A model generated the notes under the pieces. It was not told the origin of the DNA. It made no database searches and worked only from the letters and a program-made list of their open reading frames with translations. 64,000 bases of DNA from the human T2T-CHM13v2.0 reference genome, Homo sapiens. Position numbers and translations under genes: made by a program. Positions 51,618-64,000 of the stretch are shown here, one piece after another. The stretch lies in assembly GCF_009914755.1 (NCBI RefSeq), contig NC_060936.1, one strand, 5' to 3'. Numbering within the stretch: the first letter of the stretch is position 1; each line of letters begins with the position of its first letter.

Positions 51618-53777
51618 TAAATTATTCCTCAAATACTGTATTTTCTAGATTCATTTTCTTTATTCAGATATAGATAGGAAAGTATCCAAAACTTTGGGAT
51701 GAGCGCCTTTGTGGTAGAGGCATTTTAATATAATTATGTGAATTTTGTAATTTGTAATTTTACTTAATTTTTAAAAACCTTTCATGCTTTGAAATACCTC
51801 TTCTTTGTCCGTTTTCATCATCATATGTAGATGAAGCAATTTTGTATATTCTATAATAATTCATTTCATTGACTTTACTTATTGTTCTGTCTTAGCTGTT
51901 TTATATTGTGAGTCTTCAGGTTTGTTGTGATGTCACTACTTAAGCATGTGAATATCTTGGTAGTAGGGAAAGTATGCAGCACCCTGTAATAAGAGATCCT
52001 AGATTAAAAATACTTCACAAGTGAGAAAAACCTAGTCTGAATGGCGTTTTCAAAGACATTGTTGAGAGAGGAGTCTCTTAAATGGATACATAGAAATGAC
52101 TACTTTGGTCAGTGCCCCATTCTCTGTGTTTGACAGTGGTGGTGGGTCTGCTTTAGACCTGGTGGTAGCATATATTTGATCAGTCTTTTAGGCCTTCACC
52201 ACAGTGGCTATATCCCAAGGGACAATATATTAATTAATTCGACCAACATGTGTTACATACCTCCTAATGCCAATAAACAAATGATGTCTGTTCAAAATGT
52301 TCACAGCATAGAGGGGAAGAACCAATGATCCCTGAAGTAGCATAGATTCTAGCATTATAGTTAGGCAGGGAGGTAAGACATATTTACTCTTTCTAGCTAC
52401 CCACACACAAAGGCCAGTTGCAGCATGCCATGATTTCTTATGCAGTTTTAAAATGTGCATAAGAGCAAACTGTTTTGCTCTTACAAAACAGTTTGTCTGT
52501 GCCTGTCTTTTGACACCCTAGGTTTTCTCTAGTATGAGGAAAAACAAAACAAAATACATTCCTTACACAGACACCTGAAATACAAGGGATACCATCCCTT
52601 TAAATTGGATACTTAAAAACTATAATCACAGGCCTATTGAGTCTGTGGTTAAGAAACAGATATCAATAATCACATGGTGTGTTTTAGTAAAATGAGATTT
52701 CTCTTTTTCCTCAAATACGTGTGGTATCTTTGTGGTGCTTTTCAGTCAATTCCTTTGATTTTCATTTTACAGTCTTACTTCTCCCACACTTCACTAATTG
52801 GCATCTCATTTACCTGGACAAAGCTAAAAATCACAGAAAATGAGAAGGGGCTTCCCCAAGGCACTTAACTATGTGGAAATAGATGGATCTTTGGGTAGCC
52901 TTGGAGAACTGTTTGAACATGGAACCTACAAAGGATATCACTGTTTCTTGCCTATGTTTTCACTTGAATCCAGCAGTTAACAGAAGAGTAGCAGAGAAAA
53001 ATAGGAACTATTTGACCAAAAAAATCACTGCTGTGAGTTAGTGGAAGGTTTCAAGTGAATTATGTACCAAATACCTTGCTGTGCCTTCTTTGCCTTTCCA
53101 TGCCTTTCTACCTTGAAACTGCATCAAGAAATCAGTATAGAGGGAAGCTGAGCATGCCCAGCTGTTAATATATTCTCCCTAATATTCCACTAAGCCACTC
53201 ACTGTGTCCTCATTTCTTTTACATAGACTATGGATTGTGTGGGTTGATATAAATGCTAACAATCAAATAATTAGGCTTTTTCTTTCATGTTGATAACTCC
53301 AGATTTACGTATTTTGGCAGTATATTAAAGCTAGGAAAGTTTTTAAATGTTAAGTCTTGTCCATTTATAACATGGTTCAGAAATAATGAATTGAGAGTTT
53401 CTGATATGAAATAATCAGTCAAATTTGCTAATGTGTCTATAAAAATATGGTTAAAATGAGTATAATGATTTTAGATACAGGGGAACATTTCTGTGATACT
53501 GTCCTGATAATTAAAATCCTAACATTACTTAACAGCTTTATGATGTGACAGCAGATGCCTAGAGTAGGTAGTTTTATTATTTTGCCTCGTACCTTTAGCC
53601 TATGTGAATGTATGTGGTGATCAATTAAATTATGCAAGGTTCTATAATATATGACATTGCTAATACTACTTTATAACACTATTTTAGCTTTGACAATTCT
53701 GGTTTTAAAATGCATGTGCACGCACACACACACACACACATATAGCCTCCCACCATGGGAAAGTGAATATTTAAAAA

Positions 53778-53965
53778 TTTTTCTTAATCTATTTAGCAGG
53801 TATGAGTACATATTTCTTACATGCATATATTGTGCAGTGGTAAAATCTGGGCTTTTAGTGTGCCCATAACCGAAGTGGTGAACATTGTATCCAAAAGGTA
53901 ATTTCTCAACCCTCATCCTCCTCCTAGCTTCCCACCTTTGGTACCCTCCAATGTCTATTATTCCA
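53778..53965 (-). mobile_element. Short L1PB/L1MA 3' end
   Basis: catgcatatattgtgcagtggtaaaatctgggcttttagtgtgccc...aggtaatttctcaaccctca; TSD agtgaatattt / agtgactattt. Confidence 0.85.
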
Positions 53966-55020
53966 GCGAGTGACTATTTGAGGAAAGAGAAGCTGCCTTA
54001 TTTATCCTGGCATCCCTCCTGTACATAATATAATGGGTTTTGTAGCTAGCTACTCACTATATGTTGCTTAAATTAGTTAATTAATTAAAAACAAGGAAAA
54101 ATATATTCAGCTAGCCCCTTTGATTCATCTATTTAATTCTTAAAATTGATGCTGAACTGGAGAATATTGCTTGGGTATATGGTCAAATGGGGTTTCTCAT
54201 TTGAACTTATCATCAAAACTTAGGCTTTCCCTTGTATGGGAAGAACCTGCTCTAGTAAAATTATCATACTGTGTAGACCAGATCAGAATCTGTCTCCTCT
54301 GTAGGAAGGCATATCTGGAAAAGGGAGAGCCCAGAATATTTCTGCATCAAGCTTGCTTAATTTTTTCTTGAAAATTCAGCAATCAGATGTGGAATGGATC
54401 GAAGTGTTATTTTAACAGCAGTGTCTGCATTAGGAAATACTAGGCCAGCATATAGTTGAGAAGCCTGGGGGTAAGAGAGGTTAGATAATTTGTTCAAGAT
54501 GAAAAGTAAAATATAGGTCTTACCCAACTCTTCTAATACTAAATCAAGGTGTTTTGTTGTCATTGTTGTTTTATTTTGTGGTTTTTGTTTTTGCTTTTGC
54601 TTCTTCTTCTTCTTTTAAAGAGCCCTTTAAATAATCCTTTTTTAAAAAGAATCCTTTAGATTTTTTTTTAAAAAACTCTTTTTTTAAAAGAATTTTATGC
54701 TACATCATAATAGTAATAACTGGTGCTCCCAGGGGAATGAAGCCTAGTGAACAGGCTGAGGCCTTTCACAATGCCAGTCCAGGGCAAAAGAGGTCCACGT
54801 CTTCCATCTGCTGCTGAGGAGAACACCAAGAAAGTCTAGTCCCCATGGGGAACCCAGAGGGTAATAAAAGCATTGAAGCCATGGGACTTTAACTTCTAGG
54901 GCGTGGTTATGGCTTCTATAAACTGTCTTTGCCATATAATTTTACATTGCTTTTTAAATTGTTATATTCTGACATCATCATATGGAGGTTTTATACTTTT
55001 ATTTAAAATAACTTAAAATC

Positions 55021-55250
55021 CCAGCCTGGACAACATAGGCAGACCTTGTCTCTACAAAAAAAAAAAAAAAAATTAAAAATTATCCAGGGATAGTGGCATG
55101 TATCTGTATTCCCACCTACTGAGGAGGCTGAAGCAGGATAGTTTGAGCCCAGGAGTTCAAGGCTGCAGTGAGCTTTGATTGCCACTGCACTCCACCCTGG
55201 GTGAAAGAGTGAGACCCTGTCACAAAATTGAAAAATACAATAAAATAAAC
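55021..55250 (+). mobile_element. 5'-truncated AluJ
   Basis: ccagcctggacaacatagg...tgagcccaggagttcaaggctgcagtgagc...gagtgagaccctgtc. Confidence 0.9.
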
Positions 55251-55679
55251 TATGATAAAAATCCTAAAATAACAACAAAAGTTTACCTTAAGTTTTATTT
55301 AAGATGTAAATTTGTTTTGAGGTGTGGAAGGATCTCATACCCTGTGAGATGTGACTGAGACAGTAGATTTAATGTTGCCTCAAACTTCATTTATTTATAT
55401 CTGGTTAATGACTAATGCCTTTGTAGTGTTTTTAAAACCAGGAGAAATAATGACTTCTTATTTTACAAATGGCAGTAAAAAGCCAAAACACATTAAAATA
55501 CCTATTCTACTATAATTGGCAATAGCAATAGATGGAAACTACATACCCGATCATATTACATTTTATAACATATTCTCTGTTATTCCTATGTGGAGGAGAA
55601 GTGGTTGTGTGGTTGGGTGGGTGGAAGATGCTTGTGGTATGTGAATGTTGGGAAGGGGAGGGGATAATGACCAGTTTTG

Positions 55680-55960
55680 AGTAGGAGCATGCCATTGTCT
55701 GCATTTGTATTAGATGTACAATTTAGGCTAAGATTTGGGATTTTGAGTAGAGAGATTGGAGGCTGGGATAACAATTGGAGGCTACTAAATTTATTGGTGC
55801 CTGTGGGAATTAGGGAAAGAAGATAGATTTAACTTCTTCTGCAAGTGGAATTTACAAGGATTGGCAACTTGGGTTTCATTTTAGAGAAGAGGAGACATTT
55901 TTGCTGACTCTGAGACTTTGAGCTGACTGGCAGAATGTTAGTGCATTTAATAGAAAGCTG
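55680..55960 (-). mobile_element. L2 fragment
   Basis: ttggaggctact...gtggaatttacaaggattggcaac...gactctgagactttgagctg. Confidence 0.5.
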
Positions 55961-58529
55961 TGGGACCACAGTGCAAGCTGAGAGTGATGGCGGGGAGCTA
56001 AGTGGAACCCAAGGTCCTGAGCTAGAAGGATATTTTTAAAGCACTCTCTCTCTGAACATGTTTCCTCTATTGGCTAAATACAGTAGTATCTTCTATTGAA
56101 TGGATAATAGCTAAGAAAGTAAGGGTCTTAAATGTACCATGTACTCAAATCACCTTTCCAATAATTCTTTTCCATTAGTGAGCCACTGTTGTCAGCAAGA
56201 AGGGGGAATCCATTAAGATGGTAGAATACTTGCATATTTGTGGTTAGGACCACCCTCCCCCAATTAGGTTTTTCTAGGATGTATTAAAACTTTAAAGGAA
56301 TTATTCTATGAAAGCAAATTTGACTGATGCCATCTTTCTCTTATGCTTATCAAGGTTAAAAGTGTTGCCTTTTTACATTATAACTCTAAGAGATAATTAA
56401 TGTGGATTGTTTCCTTCTGCTATAAGCTAAATTTTAGCTCCATTGTAATTCTAGATTTAGAAAATAGAATCACTGTTAGTACTACTCAGTGAATGTTAGG
56501 ATTATGGTACTCTTTCCAGGAAAAGAATAGAAAAAAAATTGTACCCAGATGAGAAAAGAAATGTGTTATATTATTTCCATTATGTTGTGAGACCTTTGTT
56601 TTTTTGTGTTTTCTGATTAATTTACTGCCGTTTTCCATTCAAAATATATACCTGAGCCTTCTGTTCTTTAGAATTTCTTGCACTTTTTATTCAGATGAAA
56701 AGCTTGGATTTTGCACATTAATTCAGTTTTACTCCTCAGTTACAATGCGAAAAACATCATAATCTCACAAGGGAAATGTGTAAAATGCTTAGTGAAACTT
56801 GAAAATAATATTATAAATAAATCTGTTGCCAAGAACTTATTGTCATGTTTTAAACACAGAATTAATAACCTATTCCAAGGGCACACAGGCTATTTATCAA
56901 GGTTTTCTCCTAAGACTATCTGCATTTCCTCTCTCCTGTCCTCATATTATTGAAGAATTTTGGAAACCAGAAATTTAAAAAAAATCTCGCATGATCCTAT
57001 TTTTGGAGTTACTTTTGAGAATTTATAACCTTGGCAAAACTTAGTCACCTTTAGCCATTCTCTCCCCAGGGCTCCTGGTGAACAGGTCTGTTTTGCATTT
57101 GGCTTTTCTTTTTCTCAAAAGTGCATGTAGAAACCTCACTGTCTGTGTTTATCTCACATCTCACAGAACTTAGTTGCTCAACTTTAGTAACGTGATTTCT
57201 CTGTGCTTTAAGTTATATTCTTATAAAAAAAGATGAGTCAAATTGTTAAAGGTGTTACTGTGATTACAAAGGTGACTAAAGTTAATGTTAAAGTCAGTTC
57301 ATTCTATTTGCTATGTGTTTTACACCAGCAAACATTAATCCATAATTTGCTGCTTTAGGTGAATTTTAATTTTTTGTATATTTGCTTAAAATGTTTAAGA
57401 TGTTAAGGTAATGTAGTAGAAGAAATATCTTATGTGAAGAAAGATGAATTCTACATTTAGAAAGAAAATATGTGATTTATAATTTGAACTCTTTAAACTT
57501 TTCGAACATGCACACTAGACGTAACAGACCATGGTTTCTGTCAGTGGATAGTATTTTTTGAGGATTTTATATGGTAATGACAGTAAGCAAAATAATACAA
57601 AATAAGTACAAAATACATTATTCAAATTCCTGTCAATTTTGTTCTTTATAGATCTTATCAAGCTATTTTCTTGATAATATAATTTTTACATATCAAATGT
57701 ATGTCTTTGTATTTCTCTTCTTATTTAACTTTAGAATATTTTGTAATAATACTAACTAAATTAACTATACATATGGGAGCCTTTTAAAATTATTATTCTT
57801 GATGTAATAAATAACATTAACTGAATAAAGTTAATAATTTCTTTACATAAAATTGAGTCTTATTTTCATATTATCAATATAAAAAAGTAGTTGATAAAGC
57901 AAACAATATTGAAATTTTATTCTTTTACCCTTTTTAAAAAAGAAACTACTTTGAGGTATATGTACAGGGTACAAAATGAAGTTATTCATTGGTTAATCAC
58001 TTATATTACATTTTAGTAATTTTACCCCAAATAAATGTATTGAACACTTACTAGCCACGAAGCACCTTGTTTCGTTGGGACAAAGAAGCATTTGAAGAGT
58101 TCTCAGTAAATATATAGACTGCTTTTGGTTGTCAGATGTACTATATAATTGTGAAATCCATAGTATAATTTTTTCACTGTATTAAAACCTCAGTTTATGT
58201 CTGATTTTGTACTAGGTAAAATTTCTTTATGCTTTTATTTCATTTTAGTTTTTAAGCTTAAGTTTTCAGTAGAAATGAAAGAAACATACCACATATTTTG
58301 TAAAAGCATTTGGTTTATTTGGTTAAGTAAATTAGATAAAATTTCTAGAGGTTATTTATGTTATTACCTGGTTATTATTATTTCATTATTATACACATTT
58401 AGAAATGCAGCCTTCCCAAATCTTTGGGAAGCATATTTTACAAGTGGCTACTGCTTAGTGCTTAGATCTAAATAATTGTATCTTTCACATAGGAAATCAG
58501 ATATTTCTCATCCACTGATAGAGGAGTCT

Positions 58530-58772
58530 GGCATGCTGTTTGATAGAGAGGAACATGAGCCTCGAATCTAGACAATCTAGAGTTGGAATCCAGGACCCCA
58601 TATTTTACAGCTATATGGCCTTACATAAGTAATCAAAACGCTGAGCTTCAGTGTCCCCATAGGAAAATATTTATCATAATGTCTATCATGTATCATTTAG
58701 AGAATGGGGTAGTGGGTATAAATTGTTTGGCAAAATGCTTACCTAGAATATGAGAAGCATTTAATAAATTAC
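58530..58772 (+). mobile_element. MIR SINE
   Basis: gagttggaatccagg...acagctatatggcctt...ctgagcttcagtgtccccat...catttaataaatta. Confidence 0.7.
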
Positions 58773-58869
58773 ACCACTGCATTTTTCCAAAGGTTATAGT
58801 AATTTCTTCTAAAACGAAGATGGTACTAATGATCTATCACCAGATTCACCCTCACACAGGGTTGGGGAC

Positions 58870-59015
58870 TCTTTGGGACAGAGAGCATGCATTTACAGAG
58901 TGGCTGACCATGTAGGGAGTGTTATGTGTGATCAAGAAATAGATTAAACTGGCCCACAAGAGATTCAACACTTTGACCCTGGCCTCTTTGTTATTGTTCA
59001 TAACTTACAAATTAC
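58870..59015 (-). mobile_element. MamSINE1-like tRNA-derived SINE relic
   Basis: Minus strand reads gaggccagggtcaaagtgttgaatctcttgtgggccagttt, similar to the recalled MamSINE1 tRNA-like head. Confidence 0.5.
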
Positions 59016-60253
59016 CTAGTCTCAGACTCAGTGAAGAGTCACTAAACTATTAATGTATATAGTACAGTATTTTTGCAATATGTTTTATGCATATTAAATC
59101 ACGCAATGGAAAATGTGCTTGAAAATGTGGCTACATCAACACAACACATGAGAAGGTTAAATTTAGCAGTTCAAATTGCCAGACTTGGCCACCTTCTTTG
59201 ACCCATGATATAATTTAAGCCAAGCTTACTTTAGACTCTGAAAAGTATGAACTAATAGTGCACGTCAAAGCAGGTTCTTGAAAAAGAGAAATAACTAACT
59301 TTGCCCTATTTGAGAGAAGAGAGAGGGGAGGGCAAAGCAGAGTCTCTGGAGATATGTATGTAAGTTTGCTTGTGGCTAAAAGTTAATGATCAGTTGCCTC
59401 TCTTCTTAGCCCTGAGCCTGGAGAAAAGTGTCAAACGCAGGTTCTCTCTCTATTCAGGTAACTTTAAAAATTATACAAATCGTATTCGTGTTCATTGTAG
59501 TTTAGATTATAGAGATGTGATTTTTTTTCCTTTAGTGTCATGTGATTTCATACTCTAAGCATATTGGAATAACAATGAGAAACTTTATATATGCTGGCTA
59601 ATGTAAAAATATTTTACTTTTGAAGTACACCAAGTTAAGGCTAAGGAGAGATTCTGTATTGTATTAGATGGGAAGAGAATTTTTACAAGTTTTTATGAAA
59701 CTATCAATTGTGGTTCTTAATCTACCAGCTGAAAGATGTATTAATCATAATTATTTAAAATAATGTACATTATATAGTGTGCCAAGTCTTGGCTAGTAAG
59801 GAAAATTAAAAACTTTTTTAACATTGACATTCTGAAAATAAGACTAAATGTTTAATCACTAAAATTATTTGTATTTCATATTATAATGCCAAAAGTAACC
59901 TATTTTTCCTATTCTAAATCATTATATTTGTAACTATGTATGTGTACTTTGTTGAAAAAAAATAGTAAAAATTAATAGATTTTTATTATAGGACTTAGGT
60001 AATTTCATCCAAAACATTTAGGATAGTATAATATTATGGTATGATATGAAGTTATTGTACAGTTATATTTCAGGGATGCTATATGTATAATTATCTGTAA
60101 TTAAAGACATTGCTCACTAAGTTTTAAAGTCTTCACAGCTGGTGTCTAAAAATAAAAATATTGTATACATTTACAGAGTAATCATTTTTCATTGAGCTCT
60201 CAACATAGAGAGATGCATTGCTTAAGTTACTGGCATCATGAATTACAGGAATT

Positions 60254-60320
60254 TATATATATATACACACACACACACATATATGTAACTTTTATATACA
60301 TATAACTTTTATATATATAA

Positions 60321-60358
<38 letters not shown>

Positions 60359-60371
60359 TATGTGTGTGTGT
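60254..60371. repeat. Compound (TA)n/(CA)n/(TG)n microsatellite
   Basis: Read directly; includes duplicated taacttttata-like units. Confidence 0.92.
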
Positions 60372-60961
60372 CTTGGTTCTTTCTAAAGTGTCTGACCTTT
60401 GTTATCTTTATTCGGCAAGTATCCAAAGCCAAAAAGCTTGCTTTGGCTGGATTTAGATTCAAGTAAACATCAAAAGCTAAATGTTCTTATGGTACTACAT
60501 ATGCAGTTTTCCATTTGTATTCTTTTCAAACTGAAATTAAATGTCAGGCAATGATTGATGATTTTACAATTGGAGTTTGGAGTTGATAGGAATTTGGAAG
60601 AACATAACATTTCATATATGAGGAACTAGGTCTAGAGAGGGAAACAACAACAGTTATTGGGAGTGCTAAAACTAAAATCAAACTCTCTGTTTACTTGCTG
60701 AAAAGTCGAGTTGATGGTTATTAGTCAATATTCATGTTGTTTTTTAGAGAAATCATATTTTATTCCTTAATTCATTTCGATTTTGAAGTATATCTAGATA
60801 AGGGCTGGCAGTTAAGGTATAGTTGTTTAGTGATATTTTCCCAATTTATGCTTGGCATTGCTAAATTTATATATCAGTTCAGTTTACATAATCCCATTAG
60901 GATTTCCTTAGGTATTTAAGTTCTGTTTACAAAAGGAGATTCTCAAGGTTAGAGAAGAGAG

Positions 60962-63610
60962 TAATATGGTTTAGTTGTGTTCCCACTCAAATCTCACTTG
61001 AATTGTCGTTTCCATAATCCCCACCTGTTGTGGGAGGGACCTGGTGGGAGGTAATTGAATCATGAGGGTGAGTTTTTCCCATGCCATTCTTGTGATAGTG
61101 AGTAAGTCCTGAGATCTGATGGTCTTATGAAGGGCAGTTCCCCTGCACATACTCTCTTGCCTGCCACCATGTATGACGTGCCTTTACTTCTCCTTTGCCT
61201 TCCACCATGATTGTGAGGTCTCTCCAGCCATGTGGAACAGTGAGTCCATTAAACCTTTTTCCTTTATAAGTTACCCAGTCTTGGATATGTCTTCATTAGC
61301 AGCATAAGAACAGACTAATATAGCAAATTGGTGCTGAAAGAGTGGGGTGCTGCTGTAAAGATAACTGAAAATGTGGAAGTGACATTAGAACTGGGTAACA
61401 GGCAGAGGTTGAAAGAGTTTGGAGGTGTATTAGTCTGTTTCCCACTGCTGATAAAGACATTCCGGAGACTGGGAAGAAAAAGAGGTTTAATTGGACTTAT
61501 AGTTCCACGTGGCTGGGGAGGCCTTAGAATCATGGTGGAAGGTGAAAGGCACTTCTTACATGGTGGAGGCAAGAGAAGATGAGAAAGAAGCAAAAGTGGA
61601 ATCCCCTGATAAACCCATCACATCTTGTGGAAGTTATTAACTATCATGAGAATATCATGGGAAAGAACAGCCTCCATGATTCCATTACCTTCCCCTTAGT
61701 CCCTCCCACAACACGTGGGAATTCTGGGAGATGTAATTCAAGTTGAGATTTGGGTGGGGACACAGCCAAACCATATCAGGAGGGCTTGGAGGAAGATAGG
61801 AAAATGCAGGAAAATTTGGAACTTCCTAGAGACTTGGAGGGCTCAGAAGACAGTAAGATGTGGAAAAGTTTGGAACTTCCTAGAGACTTGTTGAATGGCT
61901 TTGTCCAAAATGCTGACAGTGATATAGATGATAAAGTCCAGGCTGAAGTGGTCTCAGATGGAGATGAGGAACTTGTTGGGAATTGGAGTAAAGATTACTC
62001 TTGTTATGCAAAAAGTTTGGCAGCATTTTTCCTCTGCCTTAGAGACCTGTGGAACTTTGATCTTGAGAGAGATTAGGATATCTGGTGGGAGAAAGTTCTA
62101 AGTGCCAAAGTGTTCAAGAGGAAGCAGAGCATAAAAGTTTGAAAAATCTGCAGCCTGATGATGCAGTAGAGAAGAAAAACCCATTTTCTGGGGAGAAGTT
62201 CAAGCTAGCAGCAGACATTTGCCTAAGTAACAAGGAGCCAAATGCTAATCACCAAGACAATGAAGAAAACGTCTCCAGGGTATATCAGAGGCCTTCGTGG
62301 CAGCCCCTCCCATCACAGGCCTGGAGGCCTAGGAGGGAAAAATGGTTTCCCGGACGGGGTCCGTGCCCCCTCCTGCTGTGTACAGCCTAGGGACTTGGTA
62401 CCCTGCATCCCAGCCATGGCTAAAACGGGCCAAGGTATAGCTATATAGCTAGGGTCATGGCTTCAGAGAGGACAAGCCCCAAGCCTTGGCAGCTTCCACG
62501 TGGTGTTGAGCCTGTGGATACACAGAAGTCAAGAATTGAGGTTTGAAAACCTCCACCTAGATTTCAGAGGATGTATGGAAATGCCTAGATGCACAGGCAC
62601 AAGTTTGCTGCAGGGGAGGGGCCCTCATGGAGAATCTCTGCTAGGGCAGTGCAGCAGGGAAATGTGGGGTCAGAGCTCCACACAGAGTCCCCACTGGGGC
62701 ACCATCTAGTGGAGCTATGAGAAGAGGGCCACCATCCTTCAGACTGCAGAATGGTAGATCCACCAACAGCTTGCACTGTGAACCTGGAAAAGCCACAGGC
62801 ACTCAACTCCAGCCTGTGAAAGCAGCTGGGAGGAGGTTTGTACCCTGTAAAGCCACAGGGATAGAGCTGCCCAAGGCCACGGGAACCCCCCTCTTGCATC
62901 AGCATGTCCTGGATTTGGGACATGTAATCAAAGGAGATCATTTTGGAACTTTAAGATTTAATGACTGCCGTATTGGATTTAGGATGTGTGTGGAGCCTGT
63001 AGTCCCTTTATTTTTTGCCAATTTCTACATTTAGAATGGGCATATTTACCCAATTTCTGCACCCCAGTTGTATCTAGGAAGGAACTAACTTGCTTTTGAT
63101 TTTACAGGCTTATAGCTGGAAGAGATTTGCCTTGTCTCAGATGAGACTTTGGATGTAGACTTTTGGGTTAATGCTGGAATGAATTAAGACTTTGAGGGAT
63201 TTTTGGGAAGGCATGATGGGTTTTAAAATGTGAAAACGACATGAAATTTGGAAGGGGCTAGGAGTGAAATGATATAGTTAGCCTTTGGTCCCCATTCAAA
63301 TCTCAAATTTTAGTTCCCATAATATGTGTTGTGGGAGGGAACTGGTGGGAGGTAATTGAATCATAGCGGGTATTCTTGTGATAGTGAATAAGTCTCACAA
63401 GGTCTGATGGTTTTATAAAGGGGAGTTCCCCTTCATATGCTCTCTTGCCTGTTGCCATGTTAGACATGGCTTTGGTCCTCCTTTGCCTTCTGCCATGATT
63501 TTGAGGCCTCTCCAGCCATGTGGAACTGTGATTCCATTAAATCTCTTTCTTTTATAAATGACCCAGTCTTGAATGTGTCTTTATGTGAAGTGTGAGAACG
63601 GACTAATACA
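60962..63610 (+). mobile_element. Full-length THE1B provirus: 5'LTR 60962-61322, 3'LTR 63270-63610, internal region interrupted by THE1A
   Basis: THE1B-type agttcccctgcacatactctcttgcctgccaccatg; perfect TSD gagag (60957-60961 / 63611-63615). Confidence 0.95.
61426..61778 (-). mobile_element. THE1A solo LTR nested antisense in THE1B internal region
   Basis: THE1A-type gaagcaaaagtggaatcccctgataaacccatca and aattctgggagatgtaattcaagttgag; perfect TSD ggagg (61421-61425 / 61779-61783). Confidence 0.95.
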
Positions 63611-64000
63611 GAGAGTATTACCAGTTCTCATTTAGATACACACCAAAGCCATGCTGACAGGTTCATAATTTATAAGTTAAACATTAAGATGGCTGAAGTT
63701 TTACTATTCAAGAAAATTTAAAGTATGAATAATATCAAAATATATAAATACATGTGAATCATATTCATTTCAAGGTTGAAACAATCCACATACAATTTGA
63801 AGATAAAACAATTATTTTCCATGATGTTAAAAAGTACAAGTTTGTTATTGGGTCTCTAACAATTAAGATTGTGGTTTTTTAAAGTGGGGTATATATAGAT
63901 TTCTTTTGTTTTTAGTAGACTCTTCAATTTATCTTTTAGTATTAGATATTTATATTCAGAGCCTGGCTTTCGCATATTAATAACTAAGTGCTGGTCTAAT

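Noticed and set aside
54610-54700. Reiterated T-run/A-run words (tttaaa...aatccttt)
   Set aside because: Low-complexity slippage sequence without a constant unit or spacers; not a CRISPR-like array
61779-61889. 54-57 bp tandem duplication in THE1B-int, absent from the other two THE1 copies
   Set aside because: I recall this duplication in other THE1 internal sequences, so it is probably a subfamily trait rather than a local event

Overview
AT-rich, non-coding primate (human-like) genomic DNA, either intronic or intergenic. I cannot support any protein-coding gene, tRNA, rRNA or CRISPR array. The supplied ORFs are short AT-rich noise, Alu or microsatellite translations, or fragments of the decayed MaLR internal ORF. 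The window is dominated by interspersed repeats: three full-length THE1 (ERVL-MaLR) proviruses, many solo LTRs (THE1A, MSTA, MSTC/D, MLT1A/A1/D, MER31-, MER39- and MER21-like), eight Alu-family copies, short L1 pieces (all on the minus strand), many MIR and L2 relics, and hAT MITEs (MER58A, MER3, MER20, MER96). Several insertions are nested and have readable target-site duplications (TSDs). Signals not explained by repeats include a G:U-rich, pre-miRNA-sized hairpin at 45973-46049 and a candidate HNF4/HNF1 promoter or small exon at about 59.26-59.46 kb. There is also a ~105-bp local duplication embedded in fold-back AT filler (48.6/49.4 kb), and a series of short inverted-templated junction scars. 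Repeat family names come from my recall of consensus sequences, not a database search. Boundaries of old MIR, L2 and L1M copies are approximate. I did not find convincing evidence of a new biological system; the findings are candidates to test.
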